Assembly: GCA_964590575.1 (NCBI GenBank)
Contig: CAZPWM010000032.1
Location: 1-32,120 of the forward strand
Direction of reading: 5' to 3'
Length of the DNA: 32,120 nt
Origin: an uncultured archaeon
GTDB taxonomy: Archaea; Asgardarchaeota; Thorarchaeia; Thorarchaeales; Thorarchaeaceae
A program made the position numbers and the translations under genes. Positions 17,796 through 25,587 of the stretch are shown piece after piece. Position 1 is the stretch's first letter; each line of letters begins with the position of its first letter. A model generated the notes under the pieces. The model was not told the DNA's origin. It made no database searches and worked only from the letters and a program-made list of their open reading frames with translations.

Positions 17796-18350
17796 ATGGA
17801 AGAGTTTCCTGAAATTCTCCAGCTAGTTTGTACATATCTGAATGACAATAGAATCGACTATGTCATCGTTGGTGGAGTAGCAGTCATGTACCATGGTGTC
17901 CCTCGAACCACAGTAGACATTGATTTCATACTTCAGATGGATGATGAACAAATCTCTTTATTCACAGATTTTTTGAACTCAAAGGGGTTTGTTGCATCAG
18001 CAACCGACATTCGAACCGCATTCCAAGAGAAATCACATAGCACCGCATTCTTCAAAGACACGCTGCTTCGTCTTGACATTCAAGGGATTAATTCCGATTT
18101 TGATACGATGACATTAGATCGAGCAATCTCGGTTGATTTATTTGGTACATCTATTAGGATTGGTTCTGCAGAAGACACTTTAGTCAATAAGATACTGTTT
18201 CAAGGTGAACAAGACCTGAGAGATGTTCTTGGTATCCTCAAAAGAAATCCTGAGCGCCTTGATTTTGATTACATCCGGTCAACATGCGAAATGCTTGGAA
18301 TCGGAACCCTTCTGGATGAATTTCTGAGTAGTTCAGAGAAGCTAAAGTAG
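17796..18350 (+). CDS. Pol-beta superfamily nucleotidyltransferase (DUF6036-like)
   Basis: YVIVGGVAVMYHGVPRTTVDIDF (GG..DxD), SAEDTLVNK, QDLRDV. Confidence 0.8.
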   Translation: MEEFPEILQLVCTYLNDNRIDYVIVGGVAVMYHGVPRTTVDIDFILQMDDEQISLFTDFLNSKGFVASATDIRTAFQEKSHSTAFFKDTLLRLDIQGINSDFDTMTLDRAISVDLFGTSIRIGSAEDTLVNKILFQGEQDLRDVLGILKRNPERLDFDYIRSTCEMLGIGTLLDEFLSSSEKLK

Positions 18351-18370
18351 AAAGCATAGCGTTTCACATA

Positions 18371-18409
18371 GGAGTGCGCTGGTCGCACCTCCTTCCATCC
18401 TTTCTCTTT
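18371..18409 (+). repeat. Hairpin + pyrimidine-tract element, copy R2
   Basis: GGAGTGCG-CTGGT-CGCACCTCCTTCCATCCTTTCTCTTT in a convergent intergenic gap. Confidence 0.8.
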
Positions 18410-18425
18410 GTCATTCGAATCTGAA

Positions 18426-20156
18426 TCAATTATCCCATTTACCTGCAGCACGGAGTTCTTCCACTTTGATATCAGCCGTTTCTTTCAATGTGACATAATC
18501 AGTTTTTGCTACTCGATTCAGAGGCATCTCAGGAATGATCTCGACATGTGATGGTCGTTTGTATGAAGCCATCCCCTTAGCTGCTTGATGGACTTCCTCA
18601 GGTGTCACTGTCTGTCCAGATTTTGGGACCACGAAAGCGAAGATTGCTTCTGTGAAGACCTCGTGCTTGACTCCAACACAAGCAACCCCTGCAACTGTTT
18701 CTTTCAGTGAATTCATGATGAAGTTCTCTACCTCAGTTGGGAAGACATTGTATCCTTTTGGTTTGATTATCAATTTGGTTCGACCAGCTAGATGCAACCC
18801 CTTGTTGTCATAGCTGCCATAATCACCAGTATACAACCATCCATCTGTTGAGATTGTCTTTCGAGTTGCTTCTTCATCATTCACATATCCTAAGAAGAGT
18901 TGTGGTCCGCTGAAGCATATCTCTCCGTTTTCACCGGGTGGTAATTCTTCCCCAGCTTTTCCATCTGTAAGCATTGGCTCTCTGATAGAAATAGGTGTGA
19001 TCGGCATGGCATACCCTACCCCTGCAAGAATGTCGTCCACTGTTCCGTTTAGGGGCGTGTACGTACAAAATCCTGAAGTTTCAGTCAGTCCCAATCCGGT
19101 TCCAAATCTCGGAGTCATCTGCTGCAACTGTTCTAAGAATTGGCGTGAAACCGCTTGACCTCCATAGAGTCCGAATTTCAAACTTGAAAGATCATAGTCT
19201 GCATAGTTGGGCAGCCGCCATTCCATGACAAACAGAGCAGGGATTTGACCAAAGAGTGTCACCTTATACTTTTCAATTGCTTCCAAAGTGAGTTCCGGTT
19301 TGAAAATATGGAGAACGACACATTTTCCACCAAAGAACCAAGGAGTCATCAGTTGCTCTGCTTGACCTCCAACATGACTAGGCGGTAGATTCACACACAT
19401 TGTGTCGCTTTCAGTCATGTCGAATCCCATTCCAAGGGTCAGATTTTGAGAAGTGATTCCGCGATGAGAGAGAAGCGCAGGTTTTGGAGAACCAGTAGAG
19501 CCTGTGGTATAGATGACTTGACACCCGTCAGTTTCAATTATACTGGATTTTGCTTCCCAATATTTCTGAGCCAATTCTGGAGCTTTCCCGGATAGCACTT
19601 TCTTTGCTAATTCCTCTGCATCTTTTGCAAGAGTAAATGCTGACATTGTTCCTTCATTGCACTCTTCAGGTTTAGAGAATTGAATAAAGTGCTCTACGAA
19701 TGAACAGTTTTGCTTAACTGCAACTGCCAAAGCTCCAAAGTCAGCATTGGGTGTTGTCCCCAAGTGACAATATGCTTTTGCTTTCACAAGGGTTAAGCAA
19801 CGAATGACTTCAGGGGGCTTTAGTCGAAGGTCTAGTGGTACATGGATGACTCCAATTTGGAAACAAGCATATTGCAGGAAGATATGTTCTGGGAGAAAGG
19901 GTAACGATGTAGCCAGAAAATCCCCCTTCTCAAGTCCCATTTCGGTTAGCTTTATAGCAATTGCACTGGCTGACTGGTGGATAGTCTTCCATGAGAATTC
20001 CCTTCCATCATCTGCACAGATCAAGCCAATTTCATCCGGTTTCTCTGTTGCCCACTTTTCAATTACTCCGTGAACCAAATGACGGTCTGTAAAATCAGTT
20101 TCATATTGATCCATTGTACACATCGGTACACCATCTTTTGTCTCTATCTGCGTCAT
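18426..20156 (-). CDS. AMP-forming acyl-CoA synthetase (ANL superfamily)
   Basis: YTTGSTGSPK, GLGLTETSG, GEICFSGP, GWLYTGD, GYNVFPTEVE, MPLNRVAK. Confidence 0.9.
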   Translation of the reverse strand: MTQIETKDGVPMCTMDQYETDFTDRHLVHGVIEKWATEKPDEIGLICADDGREFSWKTIHQSASAIAIKLTEMGLEKGDFLATSLPFLPEHIFLQYACFQIGVIHVPLDLRLKPPEVIRCLTLVKAKAYCHLGTTPNADFGALAVAVKQNCSFVEHFIQFSKPEECNEGTMSAFTLAKDAEELAKKVLSGKAPELAQKYWEAKSSIIETDGCQVIYTTGSTGSPKPALLSHRGITSQNLTLGMGFDMTESDTMCVNLPPSHVGGQAEQLMTPWFFGGKCVVLHIFKPELTLEAIEKYKVTLFGQIPALFVMEWRLPNYADYDLSSLKFGLYGGQAVSRQFLEQLQQMTPRFGTGLGLTETSGFCTYTPLNGTVDDILAGVGYAMPITPISIREPMLTDGKAGEELPPGENGEICFSGPQLFLGYVNDEEATRKTISTDGWLYTGDYGSYDNKGLHLAGRTKLIIKPKGYNVFPTEVENFIMNSLKETVAGVACVGVKHEVFTEAIFAFVVPKSGQTVTPEEVHQAAKGMASYKRPSHVEIIPEMPLNRVAKTDYVTLKETADIKVEELRAAGKWDN

Positions 20157-20242
20157 GAGTGGTCACTCGATGATGTTCCTTAGAAAATAAAAGATTTCGT
20201 CAAAACTGGTTTTTCAGCATGTCCATCAAAATTCTTACAATT

Positions 20243-20277
20243 ATGCACTCGTCACATTCCATCCATCCTTTCGCTTT
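20243..20277 (+). repeat. Degenerate copy R3 of the hairpin + pyrimidine-tract element
   Basis: ATGCA-CTCGT-CACATTCCATCCATCCTTTCGCTTT; 20251-20277 differs from R1 at 4 of 27 nt by manual alignment; inner stem is broken. Confidence 0.55.
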
Positions 20278-20287
20278 ATTTTGCACA

Positions 20288-20453
20288 ATGCAAAACACCT
20301 TAAGCAAATTCCCGCGTTTCAAATATACAGGCATAGCGACTACGCAAACCTTCTCAGACTGGTTTTATTGAGGATTGACTTTTTTCCTGTACTTCCACAT
20401 GAGGACTACTCTAGTTTTGAATGACCTGAATTCACATGAGCGAGTGATAAACA
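20288..20453 (+). promoter_or_regulatory. Conserved promoter + long leader of ssb copy 1
   Basis: ~86% identical (manual count, 23 differences in 166 nt) to 20964-21127; hairpins GCATAG/CTACGC and AAACC/GGTTT; GAGTGA SD. Confidence 0.7.
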
Positions 20454-20846
20454 ATGAATGAACACAAGATAGAGGCCAACAAGGCCACAATTGTCACGCT
20501 TGAGCCTGGAATGAGAAGTGTAAACATCACTTTCAAGGTCATGAGCACAGGCGACGAAAGATCGGTCGACTCCAGTAGGGATGAGGGGACACATCGGGTC
20601 CTAGATGCTGTGGTTGGCGATTCGACAGCAACAGTTCTAATGCCTGTCTGGAATGAAACAATCGACGCAATAAAAGAAGGCGGGACTTACACCCTTTCGA
20701 ATGGATACACAGGTCTTTTCAAGGGTAGTCTAAGACTTCACTTGGGAAAGTTCGGTTCCATTGTTTCGGCTGAAGAATCAATTCCTGAAGTGAACACTGA
20801 AATTGACATGTCCACTAGAGATTTCAATAGCAGTCCAACAAGTTAA
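20454..20846 (+). CDS. ssb: Single-OB-fold ssDNA-binding protein (crenarchaeal SSB/hSSB1-like), copy 1
   Basis: LEPGMRSVNITFKV, VVGDSTATVLMPVWNE, NGYTGLFKGSLRLHLGKFG. Confidence 0.85.
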   Translation: MNEHKIEANKATIVTLEPGMRSVNITFKVMSTGDERSVDSSRDEGTHRVLDAVVGDSTATVLMPVWNETIDAIKEGGTYTLSNGYTGLFKGSLRLHLGKFGSIVSAEESIPEVNTEIDMSTRDFNSSPTS

Positions 20847-20963
20847 TTCCTAGGACTCAAATCAGTGTCGGATTACAACTGAATCTTATATTGCAAAATA
20901 CAGTTTTTTCTAATCATCACTTTTCGCGTATGTATTGCAGCAACAATTCTGGTGTGTATCTGT

Positions 20964-21127
20964 ATGCATAACGCCTTATGCGAACTCCCGCGTTTCAAAT
21001 GTACAGGCATAGCAACTATGCAAACCTTCTAGATTGGTTTTATTGAGGACTAACGACCTTCTTGTACTTCCACTTGAGGACTACCCTAGTTTTAATGACC
21101 TGAATTCGCAAGAGCGAGTGATATACA
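20964..21127 (+). promoter_or_regulatory. Conserved promoter + long leader of ssb copy 2
   Basis: Paralogue of 20288-20453; perfect hairpin GCATAG-CAA-CTATGC, AAACC/GGTTT, internal direct repeat TTGAGGACTA x2, TCGC-AAGA-GCGA next to the SD. Confidence 0.7.
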
Positions 21128-21520
21128 ATGTATGATAACAATATAGAAGCCATTGAGGCCACTATCGCCGAGCTTAAGCCCGGAATGAAAAGTGTAAACA
21201 TCACCTTCAAGGTCATGAATACAAGTGAAGAACGAGAGGTTGAATCCCGCAAGACGGGTGAGACCTACCGAGTAGTAGATGCCCAGGTTGGAGATTCTAC
21301 AGGGACAATCCTGATGCCTATCTGGAATGAGACCATCGATTCAATAGAGGAAGGAACGACTTACATGCTTTCTAATGGATACACTGGTCTCTTCAAGGGC
21401 AATCTCAGACTTCAATTAGGGAAGTTCGGTTCAATTGCTGCAGCTGAAGAACCAATCGATGAAGTGAACTCAGAAGTAGACATGTCTGCTGAAGATCACG
21501 GTAGTCGTCCAAGATATTAG
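21128..21520 (+). CDS. ssb: Single-OB-fold ssDNA-binding protein, copy 2
   Basis: LKPGMKSVNITFKV, VGDSTGTILMPIWNE; 85/130 aa identical to copy 1 (manual count). Confidence 0.87.
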   Translation: MYDNNIEAIEATIAELKPGMKSVNITFKVMNTSEEREVESRKTGETYRVVDAQVGDSTGTILMPIWNETIDSIEEGTTYMLSNGYTGLFKGNLRLQLGKFGSIAAAEEPIDEVNSEVDMSAEDHGSRPRY

Positions 21521-21537
21521 ACACTTCGATGTCAGAT

Positions 21538-21582
21538 GAAGGAGCTGGCGTTAGTCGCACCTCCTTCCATTCCTTCTCTTTT
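21538..21582 (+). repeat. Hairpin + pyrimidine-tract element, copy R4
   Basis: GAAGGAGCTGGCG-TTAGT-CGCACCTCCTTCCATTCCTTCTCTTTT; 17-mer GTCGCACCTCCTTCCAT (21554-21570) identical to 18382-18398. Confidence 0.8.
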
Positions 21583-21592
21583 AGGATTTAAT

Positions 21593-22576
21593 CTATAATG
21601 GCAACCAAGTTCCAATTCCCTTCTCTATAGCTCTTTGATAGATCAAAGGTGCGACTGCCATATCATTCATTGCAAGTCCGAGGTTGCATGTGATAGTACA
21701 CTCTTCAGATGTTTCCCTGCCTGGTTTGTGCCCCGCGACCAACTCACATAGGTCTGCATAAATCGGGGGAATGTCTTGGAAATAGCCCATCTCTTGATAA
21801 TGTTGGAGTTGTGGAATGTCATCAGTACAGAACTTGCTAGATTCTTTCAGTGCATCTGGGTGCCAGTAGGAATCAAAATCAACTAAGGAGGCAAATATTC
21901 CTGCATCAATCCACCCTGCTTGTATTGTAGCATGAGGTTTCTTCAGAATCGGCCCCGCAGTCACTACGATATCACATCCAGATACAGCATCTTTAGGTTT
22001 GTCAACAGGTGTGACCTCTAATCCGAACTTGGCTTCTATTTCTGATGCGTATTTAGCTGTAACTTTATTATCAATGTCATATGCCATGACTTTTTTCAAT
22101 GGAAAATCGACACTTAGGGCTTCGATATTACTCCGACCTTGGACACCACATCCTAGAATTCCAACAATAGATGACTCAGGACGAGCAAGTCGCTTTGCAG
22201 CGATAGCAGTTGCAGCACCAGTTCGCTTAGCAGTTATCCATACGCAGTCCATGACAGAGATTGGCAGACCGGTTTCTGAATCATTTAGAATCAATAGACC
22301 TGAAATATATGGTAATCCTCTCTCTTGGTTATGTGGGAAACCACTGACCCATTTCACTCCTGCGGACTTCATCGCTGGGATATATGCAGGCATTGCATGA
22401 ATGAAGTTGTCTGCATCGCCAGGATGAATTCCAGGTTTTGGAGGCATTTCAACACGCCCCTCTGCCTTTTCCGAGAATGCAACTTCAAGTTGATCGATTA
22501 TATCTCTCATAGAGAGGTTGATCTTTTTGATGTCTGCCTGTGAAATGTAAAGCAGACGGTTTTCCGCCTCTGACAT
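21593..22576 (-). CDS. Ornithine cyclodeaminase / mu-crystallin / archaeal alanine dehydrogenase family protein
   Basis: EMPPK, HAMPA, GVKWVS, ITAKRTGAA, GILGCGVQG, GLAMND; ATG at 22576 after GGTG preferred. Confidence 0.88.
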   Translation of the reverse strand: MSEAENRLLYISQADIKKINLSMRDIIDQLEVAFSEKAEGRVEMPPKPGIHPGDADNFIHAMPAYIPAMKSAGVKWVSGFPHNQERGLPYISGLLILNDSETGLPISVMDCVWITAKRTGAATAIAAKRLARPESSIVGILGCGVQGRSNIEALSVDFPLKKVMAYDIDNKVTAKYASEIEAKFGLEVTPVDKPKDAVSGCDIVVTAGPILKKPHATIQAGWIDAGIFASLVDFDSYWHPDALKESSKFCTDDIPQLQHYQEMGYFQDIPPIYADLCELVAGHKPGRETSEECTITCNLGLAMNDMAVAPLIYQRAIEKGIGTWLPL

Positions 22577-22799
22577 GTAGTGCACCAATTGAATAACTTG
22601 ATTCTCACTCTGTTATAGGTTATGGGATGGTCTAAGACCTTCTTCTAGCACATTACTCCTTCTACCCTTTATTGATTGAATCCGTTTTTGGATTGAACTC
22701 TATATAACTTGGACATCACTTCAGTGAATCAAAATGTGCAAGAGTTTAAGTTACTTCACTCTATCTTAATACCGATTCTGAATCTTTGGAAGTCCAGTC

Positions 22800-23054
22800 A
22801 TGAGGATTCCTCTGGGTGCTCAACCACCGGTTAGTAGAATGTGGGAAACAGGTGTGGCTATTGCATCTGTAATATTCATCCTCGTTCTAATAGCATTAGT
22901 AGTTTACCGTCCATTAATTGATTTGATTTTCTTTGGAGTGTTGATTCTAGCGTTAGCTGTTAGTGCCACTGTTTGTCTTGGTCTATATGATTCAGCGCGC
23001 GAGGCACTTGAGTACGCGGACTCAAGCAATTTTTTCAAAGGTTACAAATTGTAA
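22800..23054 (+). CDS. Small membrane protein with two predicted transmembrane helices
   Basis: Two long hydrophobic stretches; TTTAAG TATA-like box near 22745. Confidence 0.55.
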   Translation: MRIPLGAQPPVSRMWETGVAIASVIFILVLIALVVYRPLIDLIFFGVLILALAVSATVCLGLYDSAREALEYADSSNFFKGYKL

Positions 23055-23083
23055 GAATAAATAATATGGTGACATAAATAATA

Positions 23084-23090
23084 TTTATAA
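23084..23090 (+). promoter_or_regulatory. Putative TATA box of the mvhD-fdhAB operon
   Basis: TTTATAA ~45 nt upstream of ATG 23134, preceded by an AT-rich direct repeat. Confidence 0.5.
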
Positions 23091-23133
23091 CTAGCTCATT
23101 TACGATTAAATTTTGAAATCCAGAGGGTTACTT

Positions 23134-23553
23134 ATGTCCAAAGGGAATTTTGAACCTCGAATTATTGCTTTCCTCTGTAATTGGTGCAGTTATGCGGGTG
23201 CTGACTTAACGGGCACAAGTCGTATCCAATACTCACCTAATGTAAAAGCGCTCCGAGTAAATTGCTCAAGCCGCGTTGACCCAACCTTCGTGATCAAAGC
23301 CCTCATGTCGGGGGCTGATGGTGTACTTGTTGCTGGTTGTCATCCAGGAGATTGCCACTACAAATCCGGGAATCTTTACACAAGAAGAAGAGTCATGATG
23401 CTGAAGACACTTCTCGAAACGATTGGTATACCCCCAGCTAGATTACGACTGGAATGGGTGTCTGCGTCAGAGGCAATCAAGTTTGCTACCGTGGTCAATG
23501 ATTTCGTGGATGAGATCAAGGAACTAGGTCCTAGTACAATAGGAGTGAACTGA
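23134..23553 (+). CDS. mvhD: Second MvhD paralogue, heading the formate dehydrogenase operon
   Basis: FLCNWCSYAGAD, RVNCSSRV, GCHPGDCHY, WVSASE; ATG 23134 after GAGGGT. Confidence 0.93.
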   Translation: MSKGNFEPRIIAFLCNWCSYAGADLTGTSRIQYSPNVKALRVNCSSRVDPTFVIKALMSGADGVLVAGCHPGDCHYKSGNLYTRRRVMMLKTLLETIGIPPARLRLEWVSASEAIKFATVVNDFVDEIKELGPSTIGVN

Positions 23554-25587
23554 ATGATCGAGTACAAAGAGACAATCTGTCCCTACTGTAGTTGTGGTTG
23601 TGGAATCTATCTAGTGATAGAGGATGGGAAGATCATTGGTGAAGAACCTCAGAATAATCACCCAATAAACGAGGGCGGGAACTGTCCAAAAGGGAGGAAT
23701 GCATACCAGTTTCTCTATGCTGAGGACAGACTGAAGACTCCAATGATACGAAAGAACGGGAAGCTTGTGAAAGCCACATGGGATGAAGCACTCGACCTCA
23801 TCACTTCAAAACTGAAGGAGGCCGGACCCAATGAGTTTGGTCTTATCGCTTCGGGAAAGAACACGAATGAGGACGCATATGTTCTGCAGAAGTTCACACG
23901 AGTTGTAATGGGCACGAACAATGTGGAGTACTGTGGTCGATTATGTCACTCGTCTACTGCTTCGGGACTTGGCCCCACAGTTGGATCTGGTGTAATGCCT
24001 ATCTCTCAAATGGATATTGAGAATGCAGATTGTATCTTCCTAGATGGAATCAATATCAAAGAGACTTTTCCTCTTATGGCAAAGAGGGTCATGAGGGCAA
24101 AGAAAAAGGGTGCAAAGATAATCGTCATGGACCCCCGAAAGTCTATTACCGCACGTGAACTTGCTGACATCCATTTGCAATTGGAACCCGGAACAGACGT
24201 GCTTGTTCTCAACTCACTCATGAAGATTATCCTCGAAGAGGAGCTTGAGGACAAAGAATTCATCGAAGCTAGAACCACAGGGATTGAAGCACTTCGAGAA
24301 CACCTAGGCTCCTTGGACCTTAAGGAGATGTCAGATCTCTCGGGAGTTTCCATGCGCAAGCTGGACGAGGCGGCTCGTATGCTTGCCAAGGCCAAGACAT
24401 GCACGATACTGTTCAATCAAGGACTCAATCAACACATTTCTGGAACTGATGGTATCAAGGCTCTAGCAACTCTGGCTCTGATAACCGGTCAATATGGAAG
24501 ACCCGGTACTGGCATCAGTCCAACTCGTGGTCAGATCAATGGTGAAGGTACAGGGGATATGGGTTGCCTCAATGTGTTCTATCCTGGTTTCCAAAAGGTA
24601 GGAACACCAGCTGAGCCACACAAGAAATTCGCCGAACTTTGGGGGGTTGAGAATCTTCCTGACCAACCGGGGCTACCTTATACGAAGATGATTCAGCAGA
24701 CTAAGTATATGTGGATAGTAGGGACAAATCCAATGATGGCAGCTCCCGATATTGATAAGGTGCGCGAGTCACTTGAAGCAAAAGAACTTCTAATTGTTCA
24801 GGACATCTATCCGACTGAAACTGCTGAGCTAGCTGACATTGTGCTCCCTGTAGCCACATGGGTTGAGCGAGAGGGAGTTCATGCATATGTCGACCGACGA
24901 GTACAGAAAATCAACAAACTCATTGATCCACCTGGTGAGGCAAAGCCTGACTGGTGGATTGTCTGTCAGGTTGCAGAGCGGATGGGTTTCAAGAAGTATT
25001 TTGACTTTTCATCTTCAAGTGAGATATTTGAGGAGATACGAAGAGTCGTACCACCATACAAGGGACTGACCTATGAGCGAATTGAGAATACATTGGGTGG
25101 TATCCAGTGGCCTTGTCCAACGGAGGACCATCCCGGCACACCCACCTTCTTCACTCAGAAGTTCAATACACCTGACGGATTAGGTCATCTTCAAGTTGTG
25201 GACTTCAAACCACCTGCAGAGTTGACTGATGAGCAGTATCCATTCATTCTTACAACTGGCAGGAGTATCTTCCATTATCACACTGGCACCATGAGTCGTA
25301 GAACTCCGACGTTGCATTCGGAAGTTCCAAAGAACTACTGCCAGGTTAATCCTAAGGATGCTGCCGCTAAGAACATCAGAGAAGGGACAAAGATCTCTTT
25401 GAGTACCAGACGGGGTACTATCGAAGCAAAAGCTCAGGTGACTGATGACGTTCCTGAAGGGCTTATCTTTCTTCCTTTCCATTTCCATGAGTCATGTGCC
25501 AATAAGATAACGAATCCCGTGTTGGATCCAGAATGTGGGATGCCTGAATACAAGGTCTGTGCAGTCAATATTGAGGTGGTCAAATGA
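23554..25587 (+). CDS. fdhA: Formate dehydrogenase alpha subunit (Mo/W-bis-PGD), Cys type
   Basis: CPYCSCGC...CPKG, RLKTP, active-site CGRLCHS, RGQINGEG, ADIVLP, LTTGR, PEYKVCAV. Confidence 0.9.
   Translation: MIEYKETICPYCSCGCGIYLVIEDGKIIGEEPQNNHPINEGGNCPKGRNAYQFLYAEDRLKTPMIRKNGKLVKATWDEALDLITSKLKEAGPNEFGLIASGKNTNEDAYVLQKFTRVVMGTNNVEYCGRLCHSSTASGLGPTVGSGVMPISQMDIENADCIFLDGINIKETFPLMAKRVMRAKKKGAKIIVMDPRKSITARELADIHLQLEPGTDVLVLNSLMKIILEEELEDKEFIEARTTGIEALREHLGSLDLKEMSDLSGVSMRKLDEAARMLAKAKTCTILFNQGLNQHISGTDGIKALATLALITGQYGRPGTGISPTRGQINGEGTGDMGCLNVFYPGFQKVGTPAEPHKKFAELWGVENLPDQPGLPYTKMIQQTKYMWIVGTNPMMAAPDIDKVRESLEAKELLIVQDIYPTETAELADIVLPVATWVEREGVHAYVDRRVQKINKLIDPPGEAKPDWWIVCQVAERMGFKKYFDFSSSSEIFEEIRRVVPPYKGLTYERIENTLGGIQWPCPTEDHPGTPTFFTQKFNTPDGLGHLQVVDFKPPAELTDEQYPFILTTGRSIFHYHTGTMSRRTPTLHSEVPKNYCQVNPKDAAAKNIREGTKISLSTRRGTIEAKAQVTDDVPEGLIFLPFHFHESCANKITNPVLDPECGMPEYKVCAVNIEVVK

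Noticed and set aside
17546-21582. CRISPR array interpretation of the four repeats
   Set aside because: Copies are 0.8-1.9 kb apart, separated by whole genes, and diverged; no cas genes.
22651-22670. Possible fifth copy of the repeat (ACTCCTTCTACCCTTT)
   Set aside because: Only the pyrimidine tract resembles it; no stem or YTNGT loop.
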